Origin: an uncultured Mollicutes bacterium | Lineage (GTDB): Bacteria; Bacillota_I; Bacilli_A; RFN20; CAG-826 | Length of the DNA stretch: 64,000 bases | Assembly (NCBI GenBank): GCA_946539555.1 | Contig: CAMNHN010000001.1 | Span: forward strand, 1,806 to 65,805 | Direction of reading: 5' to 3' | Shown here: piece by piece, positions 8,389 to 18,852 of the stretch | Layout of the letters: each line of letters begins with the position of its first letter | Numbering within the stretch: the stretch's first letter is position 1 | Made by a program: the position numbers and the translations under genes | The notes under the pieces: model-generated | What the model was told of the DNA's origin: nothing | The model's database searches: none | The model's input: only the letters and a program-made list of their open reading frames with translations

Positions 8389-9246
8389 TTATCTATTTAA
8401 CTCGTTATATAACTCTCTAATATCTTTAAAAACAAGAGTAGGTTTTCTAGGATCATCTTCAATCGTTTTTAAAGTTGATTCGCCACTTAATAAACAAATC
8501 GAACATACTCCTGCATTTAAACCACTAGCTATATCTGTGTAAACTCTATCACCAATTACACAGGTCTCTTCTTTTGAATAACCATATTTTTTCATTACAA
8601 AATTAATCATTGTTGGTTCTGGTTTTCCAATATAAATTGGTTTTCTACCAGTTGCGTTTTCTAACATAATTGCTACAGAGCCACAATCAGGTGTATAGCC
8701 AAAACTTACAGGGCAAACCAGATCTGGGTTAGTTGCAATATAAGGGACATCAAGAAGCAAAAGTTCCGATAGTTTTCTTAATTTTGAGTAATTAAGTTCG
8801 GTGTCATGACCCATAACAATTGCTTTAATATTTTTGTTTAATCTTGTTGTTACTTTAATGCCACATTCTTTTAATTCTTTTACAAAAGATTTTGTGCCAC
8901 TAGCAAAAACTAAAACATCGCCAAGTTTTTCTTTAATATATGATGCTGTGGCTTGAGTTGAAGTATAAAAATTATCTCTATTTGCTTTTATACCCATTTT
9001 ATTAACTTTAATTACATAATCATCGACAGATTTAGAAGAATTATTTGTAATAAAAATGTATTTACCGCCGATTCTTTCAACATATGACAAAAAATCTAAA
9101 GTTCCATCAAAAATTTGATTTTCATTATAAATAGTACCATCCATATCAAGTAAAAATAATTTTATATTTGATAGATCTTTTTCTTTATTAAAATAATCAA
9201 CAACCATGCTGATTATATTATCATAGTTTAATGCCTTTTTCATCAT
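8389..9246 (-). CDS. HAD-superfamily subfamily IIA hydrolase (NagD/YutF-like sugar-phosphate phosphatase)
   Basis: LLDMDGTIY motif I, ITNNSS motif II, and GD...D motif IV. The length and cap domain are typical of HAD-IIA. Confidence 0.8.
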   Translation of the reverse strand: MMKKALNYDNIISMVVDYFNKEKDLSNIKLFLLDMDGTIYNENQIFDGTLDFLSYVERIGGKYIFITNNSSKSVDDYVIKVNKMGIKANRDNFYTSTQATASYIKEKLGDVLVFASGTKSFVKELKECGIKVTTRLNKNIKAIVMGHDTELNYSKLRKLSELLLLDVPYIATNPDLVCPVSFGYTPDCGSVAIMLENATGRKPIYIGKPEPTMINFVMKKYGYSKEETCVIGDRVYTDIASGLNAGVCSICLLSGESTLKTIEDDPRKPTLVFKDIRELYNELNR

Positions 9247-9478
9247 TTGATTGGTTGAATAGAGAGATGTGAAATTGATAATAAGGTAATTTTTTAATTC
9301 ATTAATATAGCAAATCTATGCTTATATTCTTTTCTGATATGTATCAAAAAACTTCTATTCATAAAAAACTTCATTTATCAATTATTATTTTGGCTTCAGA
9401 AATCACGAACTAAATAATGGTTATAAATATACATATAAATTTGATAAAATTATAATCAAGTAAAAAGAGGATTTACTT

Positions 9479-10453
9479 ATGGAAAGTTTATTTATTGGTG
9501 TAGACGTTGGTGGAATGTCTATTAAAGCAGGTCTCGTAGATAGTGAAGGAAATATTGTTTATAAATCTACAAGAAAAACAAATGCTATCGATGGTGGTCC
9601 AGGCGTTTTATTACAAGATATAAAAGAATTATTAAAAGAACAAATTAAATATGCTAAAACTCACGATGGTGAGGTAAAAGGTATTGGTTTTGGCATTCCA
9701 GGAGTTGTAAATAACGACTTAGGAACAATTGATTATGCTTGTAACTTAGGAGTTGAAAACTTAAATCTTAGAAGTTATTTAAGTGATCTTAAAATTCCTG
9801 TTTGTTTATCAAACGATGCCTCAGTTGCTTGTTTAGGCGAAGAAAGATTTGGCGCAGCTAAAGAATACGATAATGTTGTTATGTTAACTCTTGGCACTGG
9901 AGTTGGTGGAGGAGTAGTTATTGACGATAAATTATTTGAAGGTGTCGAAGGAAAAGGAACTGAGCTTGGACACATGACTATCGTTGTTGATGGTGAACAA
10001 TGCAGTTGTGGAAGAAAAGGCTGCTTTGAAACATATGCTTCAGCTTCGGCTTTATTAAGAATGACAAAGTCGGAAATGATTAAAAATAGACACTCATTGA
10101 TGTGGGAATATTGTAATAGAAGTTTAGAAGATGTTGATGGTTTAACTTCTTTTGAATGTGCAAAAAAAGGCGATGTTTCCGCTCAAATTGTTATTGATAC
10201 ATATGTTAAATATTTAAGTGAAGGTATTTTAAATTTGTGCAATATTTTTAGACCACAAGTTATTTTGTTAGGTGGTGGAATTTCTAATCAAGGCGATTAT
10301 TTAGTAGACAAAGTCGTTAAGTATTGCGAAGAAAGAAATTATGGATATAAAAATACACCTAAAGTTGAGATTAGAATTGCAACATTAAAAAACGATGCTG
10401 GAATTGTTGGTGCAGCTTGTTTGGCAATGGATAATGTAAAGGAAAAAAATTAA
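9479..10453 (+). CDS. glcK: ROK-family glucokinase
   Basis: N-terminal GVDVGGMSIKAGLVD ATP-binding motif, and the ROK zinc motif HMTIVVDGEQCSCGRKGCFETYAS. Confidence 0.85.
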   Translation: MESLFIGVDVGGMSIKAGLVDSEGNIVYKSTRKTNAIDGGPGVLLQDIKELLKEQIKYAKTHDGEVKGIGFGIPGVVNNDLGTIDYACNLGVENLNLRSYLSDLKIPVCLSNDASVACLGEERFGAAKEYDNVVMLTLGTGVGGGVVIDDKLFEGVEGKGTELGHMTIVVDGEQCSCGRKGCFETYASASALLRMTKSEMIKNRHSLMWEYCNRSLEDVDGLTSFECAKKGDVSAQIVIDTYVKYLSEGILNLCNIFRPQVILLGGGISNQGDYLVDKVVKYCEERNYGYKNTPKVEIRIATLKNDAGIVGAACLAMDNVKEKN

Positions 10454-10519
10454 TAAAAACGTGATATCTATCACGCTAATATTTCAAAAAAGCCTTTAAA
10501 AGTTAGATATTTTTAGAAA

Positions 10520-11464
10520 ATGAATAAAAATTATAAAGAAAATCTTAAGTCTAGAAATAATGGAAAAAGACCAGAAAAAGAAAGAAGAAGACTCGACATA
10601 AAAGAAATTAAAGTTAGAAGAGAGTCTGAACTTTTAACATACTTAATAGAAGATTTAAAGTTTTCAAGAAACAATGCAAAAAATTTATTATCACATAGAT
10701 TAATTTCAATAGATGGAGCACCTGTAACACAATTTAATTTCATTGTTTATCCAGGCGACACATTAATAATTTCAAAGAATCCTATTAAGAAGAAAGCTAT
10801 CGAAAAACTTCCTGTAATTTTTGAAGATGATGATATTATTGCTATAAACAAACCTTATGGCTTATTAAGCGTTGCTAGTGACAAAGAAAAAGCTATAACC
10901 GCCTATCGACAAGTTATGGATTATGTACAAGCAAAAGACCCACATAATCGCATTTTTGTTGTACATAGAATTGATAAAGAAACTAGTGGGGTTTTAATTT
11001 TTGCTAAAAACGAGAAAACTAAGGATGCGTTGCAAGATAATTGGAATGACATCGTCAAGAAAAGAGGATATTTTGCAGTTTGTGAAGGCATTTTTGAAAA
11101 GAAAGAAGATACAATTACTAACTTTTTAAAAATGAATAAACTCAATTTAATGTATATTGGTTCTCCTAAAGATAAATCTTCTCAAAAATGTATAACAAAG
11201 TATAAAGTAATAAAAGAAAATGAAAAATATTCTTTACTTGACGTTAATATTTTAACTGGAAGAAAGAATCAAATTAGGGTAACGCTTGGTAGTTTAGGGC
11301 ATTTTGTTTTGGGCGATGATAAATATGGTGAACCTGAAAACCCTATAAATCGTTTATGCCTACACGCTTATGAATTAAACTTTATTAACCCATTAACTAA
11401 TAAAGAATATAAACTAAAAACTAAGATTCCTGTTGAATTTGAAAAACTACTAAAAAACTACTAA
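10520..11464 (+). CDS. RluA-family 23S rRNA pseudouridine synthase with an N-terminal S4 domain and a basic N-terminal extension
   Basis: S4-like region (NAKNLLSHRLISIDGAPVT) and catalytic HRIDKETSGVLIFAKN motif. The first roughly 40 aa are K/R-rich. Confidence 0.8.
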   Translation: MNKNYKENLKSRNNGKRPEKERRRLDIKEIKVRRESELLTYLIEDLKFSRNNAKNLLSHRLISIDGAPVTQFNFIVYPGDTLIISKNPIKKKAIEKLPVIFEDDDIIAINKPYGLLSVASDKEKAITAYRQVMDYVQAKDPHNRIFVVHRIDKETSGVLIFAKNEKTKDALQDNWNDIVKKRGYFAVCEGIFEKKEDTITNFLKMNKLNLMYIGSPKDKSSQKCITKYKVIKENEKYSLLDVNILTGRKNQIRVTLGSLGHFVLGDDKYGEPENPINRLCLHAYELNFINPLTNKEYKLKTKIPVEFEKLLKNY

Positions 11465-11543
11465 TTTTGAAAAATTAATCTAGATTTGCGGGCTTTTTAC
11501 TAGTAGTTTACAAATTTACGAATATAAAATAAGGAGATTTTAT

Positions 11544-12935
11544 ATGGAAAGCGTAGAAAAGTCACAACCTAAAGTTGGTTTAAGAAATTGGCTAATTATA
11601 ATCATCATTGGCCTTGCAGGGCAATTTGCTTGGGCAATAGAAAATATGTATTTAAATACTTATATTACATATTTAAATTTTTCTGCTCCAGCTGATCAAG
11701 GCTTCGACTATTCTTTAATGATTGCAATAACAACTGCAGCAAGCGCAATTGTCGCAACTTTCACAACACTATTAATGGGAGTTTTAAGCGATCGATTAAA
11801 TAAGAGAAAAATATTTATTTCTGTTGGTTATATCTTGTGGGGTGTTTCGACTGCATCGTTTGGTTTATTAAATGTAAATTCGAGTCAAAGTTTATTTGTT
11901 ATTTCAATGACAGCTTCAATGGCCGCAATCATGGTTATTGTTATTGATTGTTTGATGACATTTTTAGGATCAAGTGCAAATGATGCTGCATTTAATTCTT
12001 ATATTACAAAATCAATTGATGATAAAAATAGAGCTAAGGTAGAAGGAGTCTTATCGATTTTACCTCTTGTAGCTATGTTAATGATTTTTGTTGCTTTAAA
12101 CGGTTTAACAACTGATGAAGGCGGTAATAGATGGGATTTATTCTTTTATATTGTTGGTGGAGTTGTTGTTCTAGTAGGCATTGCATCAATCTTTTTAGTT
12201 CCTAAAGATAGTGGTGAAAAAGACGCATCACAATCGTTTAAAAGATTATTAATTGAAGGCTTTAGACCAAATATAATTAAAGATAATAAAAAGTTATATT
12301 TCACGTTATTACTATATTTTATTTATGGTGTTGCAATTCAAGTTTATTTCCCTTACTTAATGGTTTATATAGAAAAAAGTTGTAGCATTTCAAACGCAGG
12401 AGGCTTATCACCATTTGTAATTGTTATGGCTGTAGCTCTTGTTTTAGGTTCCGCTTTAAGTGTTTTAGTAGGATTTATTGCTGATAAAGTTGGAAAAGAG
12501 AAGATGATTGCCCTTGTTTTTGGAATATTAGGTGTTGGATTATTAATGATGTTTTTCATTCCTTATTTTGCTAATGATGTGTTAAGAACTATTGCCGGAG
12601 CAATAAGTGGATTAATAATGATTTTAGGCTATGTTGCTGTTCCAACAATTTTAAATGCTATTGTTCGTGAATATATTCCAAAAGGAAAAGAAGGAACTTT
12701 CCTTGGAGTAAGAATGATATTTGTTGTTGCTTTACCAATGGTTATTGGTCCATTTATTGGAAATGCACTAAATGGAGCTTTTGGTGAAATATATGAAGGA
12801 GCATATGGAGTCAAAGATCATTTGCCAACAAATTGGGGTTATATCGTTGCTCTTGCAATTGTCGTGATAGCACTTGTAATTTATTTTGTATTTAGAAAGA
12901 AGTTTTATAATGGAAAACAAAACGAAAATGAATAA
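11544..12935 (+). CDS. GPH/MFS-family sugar:cation symporter
   Basis: 12-TM profile. GVLSDRLNKRK resembles the GPH-family loop 2-3 motif. The 3' end overlaps the downstream glycosidase gene. Confidence 0.65.
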   Translation: MESVEKSQPKVGLRNWLIIIIIGLAGQFAWAIENMYLNTYITYLNFSAPADQGFDYSLMIAITTAASAIVATFTTLLMGVLSDRLNKRKIFISVGYILWGVSTASFGLLNVNSSQSLFVISMTASMAAIMVIVIDCLMTFLGSSANDAAFNSYITKSIDDKNRAKVEGVLSILPLVAMLMIFVALNGLTTDEGGNRWDLFFYIVGGVVVLVGIASIFLVPKDSGEKDASQSFKRLLIEGFRPNIIKDNKKLYFTLLLYFIYGVAIQVYFPYLMVYIEKSCSISNAGGLSPFVIVMAVALVLGSALSVLVGFIADKVGKEKMIALVFGILGVGLLMMFFIPYFANDVLRTIAGAISGLIMILGYVAVPTILNAIVREYIPKGKEGTFLGVRMIFVVALPMVIGPFIGNALNGAFGEIYEGAYGVKDHLPTNWGYIVALAIVVIALVIYFVFRKKFYNGKQNENE

Positions 12936-14682
12936 TGGTTTTCTTTATGAAAATTTAAAGCATGTTGATTATGAATTTGATGGAATTCCTCTTAGTGAGT
13001 ATCCTCGACCAAATTTAAAAAGAGATTCTTTTCTTTGCTTAAATGGTGAACGGGATTTATCAATTGTTGATGGAGAAAATACACCAAATTATGATAGAAA
13101 AGTTATTGTTCCTTTTGCTGTTGAATCTCCATTAAGTAAAGTAAATCATTTATTAGAACCTACTGAATATTTATATTATAAAAGAGAGTTTTTTGTTAAA
13201 AAGTCTGCAAAAACTTCACATTTTTTATTAAACTGTGATGGTATAGATCAAATTTGTTGGGTTTACATAAACGATAAATTTGTTGGAGAACATGTTGGAG
13301 GCTACACCAAATTAAGTTTCGATGTATCCGAGTTTTTAACTAATGGTAAAAATGAAATTATCATCAAAGTTCAAGACTTAACTGATTCGAGTTATCATTC
13401 ACGTGGCAAACAATGTTTAAATCCAAATCACCAATATATTTATTCTTCTTCAAGCGGTATTTATAAGCCAATCTGGATTGAAGAAGTTCCTGAAGAATAT
13501 ATTGAAAATGTAAAATTTACACCATTAGTAGATGAAGAGTGTGTTTTGGTAAATATTAAAACTAACTCATCAGGAAAAGCGAAACTTAAATTACTAAACG
13601 AAATTCATGAAATTGAAACTAACAAAGATATAAAAATTAAAATGAGTGAAATCCATTTTTGGAGCCCTAATAATCCTTATATATATAATGTAAAAATTAA
13701 ATTTAATGAGGATGAAATTGAAACTTATTTTGGTTATAGAAAAATTGAAATTAAAAAAGACGATAATAATAAACCACAAATTTATTTAAATAACAAAAAG
13801 ATAATTTTAAATGGAGTTTTAGATCAAGGCTATTATTATTTAGGAAATTTAACTCCTAAAACCTATGATGATTATAAAAATGATATTTTATCTCTTAAAA
13901 ATTTAGGCTTTAATACAATTAGAAAGCACATAAAATTAGAATGTGACATGTTTTATTATTTGTGTGACAGATTAGGCATTTTAGTAGTCCAAGATTTTGT
14001 AAATGGTGGTGAAAAATATAGTTTTGCACAAACTGTATTTCCTAGATTATTTTCACCAATTTTAAATAGACCATGGTTTGAAAGCGCAAAAAGATCTGGA
14101 AGAGAAGAACAAGCTAGTAAAGATGAATTTAAGCGCGAAATAATTGAAACAATGGATACTTTATGGAATTATCCTTGTGTTGTTGTTTATACCATATTTA
14201 ATGAAAGTCGGGGTCAATTTGATACTAAAGAAAATTATTTCTTTTGCAAGAAATATGATAATAGTCGATTGTTTGATGCATCAAGTGGTTGGATAGATAC
14301 AGGATATAATGATTTTTATTCAGTTCATGCCTATACGACTCCAAAAAGAATTCGACACGATAAAAAGAAATTTAATAGGCCATATTATTTGAGCGAGACT
14401 GGTGGAAGAGGATATGAAGTCAAAGGTCATTTTGATTATGGAAAAATCTGGGGACAAGGATATTCTAAAAATCAAGAAGACATGAATTTAAATTATAAAG
14501 AAATGTATGAAGCTTTAATTAGTCAAATCAAAAAAGGTGATTTAGTTGGCATAATTTATACTCAACTTTCAGATATTGAATGTGAAGCAAACGGAATATT
14601 TACTTTTGATAGAGAAGTACTCAAAATCTCAGAAGATTTAATTAAATCAATTAATAGCGAAATTAATAACTACAACGAATAA
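12910..14682 (+). CDS. Glycoside hydrolase family 2-like enzyme (beta-galactosidase/glucuronidase/mannosidase superfamily)
   Basis: N-terminal sugar-binding jelly-roll (NGKNEIIIKVQDL...SGIYKPIWIEEVP) and TIM-barrel block LGFNTIRKHIKLECDMFYYLCDRLGILVVQDF, which resembles GH2 NAVRTSHYP...CDEYGLLV. The chosen start is ATG 12910 (MENKTK), overlapping the transporter stop by 26 nt. The ORF track starts at 12886. Confidence 0.55.
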   Translation: MENKTKMNNGFLYENLKHVDYEFDGIPLSEYPRPNLKRDSFLCLNGERDLSIVDGENTPNYDRKVIVPFAVESPLSKVNHLLEPTEYLYYKREFFVKKSAKTSHFLLNCDGIDQICWVYINDKFVGEHVGGYTKLSFDVSEFLTNGKNEIIIKVQDLTDSSYHSRGKQCLNPNHQYIYSSSSGIYKPIWIEEVPEEYIENVKFTPLVDEECVLVNIKTNSSGKAKLKLLNEIHEIETNKDIKIKMSEIHFWSPNNPYIYNVKIKFNEDEIETYFGYRKIEIKKDDNNKPQIYLNNKKIILNGVLDQGYYYLGNLTPKTYDDYKNDILSLKNLGFNTIRKHIKLECDMFYYLCDRLGILVVQDFVNGGEKYSFAQTVFPRLFSPILNRPWFESAKRSGREEQASKDEFKREIIETMDTLWNYPCVVVYTIFNESRGQFDTKENYFFCKKYDNSRLFDASSGWIDTGYNDFYSVHAYTTPKRIRHDKKKFNRPYYLSETGGRGYEVKGHFDYGKIWGQGYSKNQEDMNLNYKEMYEALISQIKKGDLVGIIYTQLSDIECEANGIFTFDREVLKISEDLIKSINSEINNYNE

Positions 14683-14693
14683 AAATAGAATTA

Positions 14694-15497
14694 TTACATT
14701 AATTCTTTCTTTAATTTATTCTTGTTTACTCTAAATAATATTGAAACTATATTTATTGCATCTTTAGTTGAATAGCCTGAATCGATTAATTTTTTAACTT
14801 CTAAAATATAATCTTTATCTTCTTTTTCTAAAGAAGCCTTTTCAACAACGATTACTAATTCGCCGATATAATCGTGTTTTTCTTCAACAAGTGTTTTTAA
14901 ATCTGAACGAATAAACTCTTCAAATTTTTTTGTTAATTCACGAGCAATTGTGACTTTTCTGTTACCTAAAACTTTATACATTGAAGCAAGTGTTTCGTTA
15001 ATTCGATGAGGCGCTTCATAAAAAATTAAAGTGAATGGAAAATCGATTAAACTTTCTAATTCTTTTTCTCTAGAAGAAGTTTTAGAATCTAAAAATCCAT
15101 AAAATAAAAAGTGTGAAGTATCAATGCCGCTTCCTACAAGAGCATTTAAAAATGCATTTGGACCACTAAGTGGAACGACTTTGATATCTTTTTCAATTGC
15201 TTTTTTAGTCAATATATAACCTGGATCAGAAATGCATGGATAGCCAGCATCAGATAAATAGGCTACATTTTTTCCTTCATTAATTTGGTCAATTATATTT
15301 GAAGAAGCAGAAGCTTCGTTGTGTTCATGACAGGAAATACACTTCTTATTTATGTTTAATAAAGAAAGTAGATGAGAAGTGTTTCGTGTATCTTCGCAAG
15401 CAACGAAATCAACAGAATTTAAAACTTCCTTAACTCTAGGGGATACTTCTTGTAAATTTCCAATTGGGGAAGGTACTAAATATAAAATTCCACTCAT
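14694..15497 (-). CDS. rsmI: 16S rRNA (cytidine1402-2'-O)-methyltransferase
   Basis: MSGILYLVPSPIGNLQEVSPRVKEVLNSVDFVACEDTRNTSHLL is the canonical RsmI/YabC N-terminus (tetrapyrrole-methylase fold). Confidence 0.9.
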   Translation of the reverse strand: MSGILYLVPSPIGNLQEVSPRVKEVLNSVDFVACEDTRNTSHLLSLLNINKKCISCHEHNEASASSNIIDQINEGKNVAYLSDAGYPCISDPGYILTKKAIEKDIKVVPLSGPNAFLNALVGSGIDTSHFLFYGFLDSKTSSREKELESLIDFPFTLIFYEAPHRINETLASMYKVLGNRKVTIARELTKKFEEFIRSDLKTLVEEKHDYIGELVIVVEKASLEKEDKDYILEVKKLIDSGYSTKDAINIVSILFRVNKNKLKKELM

Positions 15498-16657
15498 TAT
15501 TGATTATTTTCTCCGTTTTTAGTTGAGTTTTGAGGGTTTTTTCTGAAATTTCTGTTTTTATTAAAATGTTTATTATTGTTTTTATTATAATTTTTTTGAT
15601 AGTTTTCAACTTTATTTTGTTGACCAGCAAAGAATTGTTTTTCTTCTTTGTTTTGTTCATTTTGTTGAGGTCTTTGTTGTCTTTGTTGATTATCTTTTTG
15701 AGGTTTTTGCTTTCTAAAATTTTGTTTATGTTCATCTTTAGAAGCTTGTTGGTTTTCTTGCTTTTCTTGTGTTGGCTTTTCTTGAAGCTTTTCTTCTTTT
15801 TGAGGTTCGGCCTTTATAAAATTATCAAAATTTGTTTTCTTCTTAATAAAATCTCTTTTGCCAAGAAGAGAATTGATTTCATCTAAAGATAAAAATTGTG
15901 CATCTTCAGCGTTAGCAATTTTTACAATCTTACTAAAAATATTGTATGAATTAACTTTGTATTCAACACCTTCATATTTAACAGAAGTCCCAATTTCAGG
16001 GAATTGTAATTTTGCTTCTGTATAATAATCATCTTCATATTTTAAGCAGCACATTAATTTACCACATTGTCCAGAAAGTTTAGGAATATTAATTGCTAAC
16101 ATTTGGTTTTTTGCTTTATTTAAAGAGACTCCATCAAATTGAGTTAAAAAAGTAGTACAACAAAGTGGTAAACCACAAACTCCGATTCCGCCGGTAAATT
16201 GCGCTCTTTCTCGACTATTAATTTGTCTTAATTCGATTCTACAATGAAGTTGAGCTGCAAGAATTTTTAATAATTCTCTAAAATCGACTCTATCATCAGC
16301 AACATAAGTGAATAAAATTTTTGTTCTATCTAATGTATATTGTGCACCAATTAATTTCATGTCTAAGTTTAATTTTTTAGTGCTTTCTTCAAAAAGTTGG
16401 ATTGCTGATTTTGCATAAAGCTCATTTTGACGTAATTTTGTCATATCAGAAGCGGTAGCAATTCTAACAATTGGCTTAATTTCTCTATCGTAATTGAGAT
16501 TAGAAATATCTGCAGGGAAGGTTGTAACTTCTCCAATTTCTACGCCAACTACAGTTTCAACAACAACAAAATCACCGATTTTAATCGAAGAATCATCAGT
16601 TGCAAAATAATATGTTTTATTGCTTACACCAAATTTAACGTTAATATAGTAATTCAT
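15497..16657 (-). CDS. ricT: RicT/YaaT (PSP1-domain regulatory iron-sulfur protein) with about 110-aa Q/N/K/E-rich low-complexity C-terminal tail
   Basis: Residues 1-260 align by eye to B. subtilis YaaT (VDFRELLKILAAQLHCRIELRQI...GGIGVCGLPLCCTTFL...SGQCGKLMCCLKYED). The tail is EPQKEEKLQEKPTQEKQENQQ...NKNRNFRKNPQNSTKNGENNQ. The ORFs 15436..15735(-) and 15530..15886(+) over the tail are spurious. Confidence 0.85.
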   Translation of the reverse strand: MNYYINVKFGVSNKTYYFATDDSSIKIGDFVVVETVVGVEIGEVTTFPADISNLNYDREIKPIVRIATASDMTKLRQNELYAKSAIQLFEESTKKLNLDMKLIGAQYTLDRTKILFTYVADDRVDFRELLKILAAQLHCRIELRQINSRERAQFTGGIGVCGLPLCCTTFLTQFDGVSLNKAKNQMLAINIPKLSGQCGKLMCCLKYEDDYYTEAKLQFPEIGTSVKYEGVEYKVNSYNIFSKIVKIANAEDAQFLSLDEINSLLGKRDFIKKKTNFDNFIKAEPQKEEKLQEKPTQEKQENQQASKDEHKQNFRKQKPQKDNQQRQQRPQQNEQNKEEKQFFAGQQNKVENYQKNYNKNNNKHFNKNRNFRKNPQNSTKNGENNQ

Positions 16658-17631
16658 TTTTTATCTCCAAATACGGATTCAAATGTATGAATAATAAGTA
16701 GATTTAGGTTCAAGTTATAAGAAATTTCGTTTCTAGAATTCATAAATACTAAAATTGAATTCTCAAGAGAGTCTAGGCTTGCTAAATCTTTTAATATATT
16801 ATCATAATTTTTTAAAATCGTATCTTTATTGTATTTATATTTAAGTGCCTCTTTAAAAAATGTAATTATGAAATCAAAATATGTTCTAGCACTGATTTTA
16901 TCTTTGATGGTTTTAATAACATAATTATAAATATAATTCATGAGTTCATTATATGAATTAATTCTTTTTAAAGTTTCGATTGAAAGGTTTTGAAGAGTTA
17001 CAAAATTTTTATCTTGTTGAGCTTCAATAATGGAATTTTCATCATTATAAAAGAATGATAATAATTCTGCATTTTCTAAATTTGAGCCAAGATTTACAGC
17101 TTTTTCAATTAAAATTTCTTGATTTATTCTTGAAAAATGAATTGTTTGTACCCTTGATTTAATTGTTGGAAGAAGTTGAGATTCATTTTCAGTAATTAAT
17201 ATTCCATAGGTATCTTCGTTTGGTTCTTCTAAAAATTTTAAAAGTGCATTAGTAGAATCAATACCTAAATTTTCTACAGCATTAATGATATAGACTTTTT
17301 TGCCAAAAATTTCTGAAGATGTTTTTGAAAACTTATCTTCAAGATTTCTAATATCATCTATTTTAACTGGCTCATCTTTGGTATCTAAAATTACAAGATC
17401 ACCAAAATTATTAGTTATTATTCTGTTATAAGCCGATTCGTTTTTGATATTGAATGGTTCCCCATCATTTAAAATGATGCTTGCTGCAAGAAATTTAGCT
17501 ATATCGAGAAGTGGAGTGCCCATTTCGCCAACAAAAAGATAGGCGTGAAAAATCTTGCCTTCTTTTAAAGCGTTATAAAAAATCTTGTAGGGAATATTTT
17601 GATAATTTTGTAAATAATTAAGACAATTCAT
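16654..17631 (-). CDS. holB: DNA polymerase III delta' subunit
   Basis: AAA+ clamp-loader fold without an intact Walker A (FHAYLFVGEMGTPLLDIAKFLAASIILND). It lies in the conserved tmk-holB-yaaT order. Confidence 0.8.
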   Translation of the reverse strand: MNCLNYLQNYQNIPYKIFYNALKEGKIFHAYLFVGEMGTPLLDIAKFLAASIILNDGEPFNIKNESAYNRIITNNFGDLVILDTKDEPVKIDDIRNLEDKFSKTSSEIFGKKVYIINAVENLGIDSTNALLKFLEEPNEDTYGILITENESQLLPTIKSRVQTIHFSRINQEILIEKAVNLGSNLENAELLSFFYNDENSIIEAQQDKNFVTLQNLSIETLKRINSYNELMNYIYNYVIKTIKDKISARTYFDFIITFFKEALKYKYNKDTILKNYDNILKDLASLDSLENSILVFMNSRNEISYNLNLNLLIIHTFESVFGDKK

Positions 17632-18244
17632 TAAGTTTTTCTTTTAAAATTTTATATGTATTTTCGATTACTTCATCTAAAGGAAGAGAAGCATCGATTA
17701 CAACAATTCTATCCTTATATTTTTTTGTTAATTCAATAAAAGTATCATAGACTTTATCGTGAAAATTTGAACTTTCGTTATCGAGTCTATCAGCAACACG
17801 TTTTTTATCTTGAGAAACTCTTGATAAACCAACTTCAGGAGAAACATTAAAGAAAAGAGTTAAATCAGGGAAAGTGTTTTCGGTAGCAAAAAGATTAATA
17901 TTTAAAATATTTTCAACACCTAAATCTCTTCCGCCTCCTTGATAAGCAAGTGAAGAATCAAGATAACGGTCGCATAAAACTATTTTTCCTTCCTTAAGAG
18001 CAGGCCAAATTTTTTCAACTAAATGTTGACGACGACTTGCGGCATAAAGCAAAGCTTCAGCTCTTGGATCAAGAGCAGTGTTTTCATTATCAAGAATGAC
18101 GTTTCTTATTTTTTCAGCAATAGGAGTGCCTCCTGGTTCGCGAGTTAAAAGAATGTTATATTTTTCGTTAACAAGTCTTTGATAAATCTCTTTGATTACT
18201 GTGGATTTTCCGCTTCCATCTGGACCTTCAAATGTAATAAACAT
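17618..18244 (-). CDS. tmk: Thymidylate kinase
   Basis: MFITFEGPDGSGKST P-loop and a DRY-like motif. Confidence 0.95.
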   Translation of the reverse strand: MFITFEGPDGSGKSTVIKEIYQRLVNEKYNILLTREPGGTPIAEKIRNVILDNENTALDPRAEALLYAASRRQHLVEKIWPALKEGKIVLCDRYLDSSLAYQGGGRDLGVENILNINLFATENTFPDLTLFFNVSPEVGLSRVSQDKKRVADRLDNESSNFHDKVYDTFIELTKKYKDRIVVIDASLPLDEVIENTYKILKEKLNELS

Positions 18245-18252
18245 AATTTCTC

Positions 18253-18852
18253 CTATTTAATTTCTATTCTTCCATCTAACGCATCACTCAAAGTGAGTGA
18301 ATCAACATATTCAAGTGTTTGACCACGTGGAATTCCACGTGCAATTCTACTCACCTTAATATTTTTAGTAGTTAATATTTTTGTAACAATACTTATCGTA
18401 ATTTCTTCTTCGATTGTGCCTCCAAATGCAACGATTACTTCTTTGATTTTTTCATTTTCAACTCTAGAAAGAAATTCATCTAAACCTGAATCTTTCCGTG
18501 TTTGTTGTTTACCAGGATTAATGTTACATCTTAAAACGTGATAAACTCCATTAAAGCTCTCAACCTTATCAAAAGCACCAACATCTTTAGAATCAAGCAT
18601 TAAAATACATTTATCATGAGATCTTGTTGGGTCTGTGCAAATTGTGCATGTTTCTTGCTCAGTAAGTAAGCCGCAATTAGGGCAGCGGTGGATTTTAGTT
18701 TTTACTTCATGAATATTTGAAATAAATTCTTCAATCTCTTCATCGCTCATATTTAAAAGATTATAAGCGATACGTTCAGCACTTTTTGCACCAATCGAAG
18801 GAAATTTTTCTAAATTATCCTTAAGTTTTTCGAATGATTTCAATTCATTCAT
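18253..18852 (-). CDS. recR: Recombination protein RecR
   Basis: HhH N-terminus, zinc finger CPNCGLLTEQETCTICTD, and a Toprim domain. Confidence 0.95.
   Translation of the reverse strand: MNELKSFEKLKDNLEKFPSIGAKSAERIAYNLLNMSDEEIEEFISNIHEVKTKIHRCPNCGLLTEQETCTICTDPTRSHDKCILMLDSKDVGAFDKVESFNGVYHVLRCNINPGKQQTRKDSGLDEFLSRVENEKIKEVIVAFGGTIEEEITISIVTKILTTKNIKVSRIARGIPRGQTLEYVDSLTLSDALDGRIEIK

Noticed and set aside
11469-11500. Shared 17-nt motif AGATTTGC(G/A)GGCTTTTT after rluA-like (11479-11498) and after the small membrane gene (36794-36813)
   Set aside because: No convincing hairpin can be drawn. It may be a degenerate terminator remnant or chance similarity in T-rich gene ends, and is too short to interpret.
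15436-15886. ORFs 15436..15735(-) and 15530..15886(+) with poly-K/I/F/L translations
   Set aside because: They lie inside the low-complexity Q/N/K tail of ricT, in other frames. The repetitive AAA/CAA/GAA codons give open frames on both strands.
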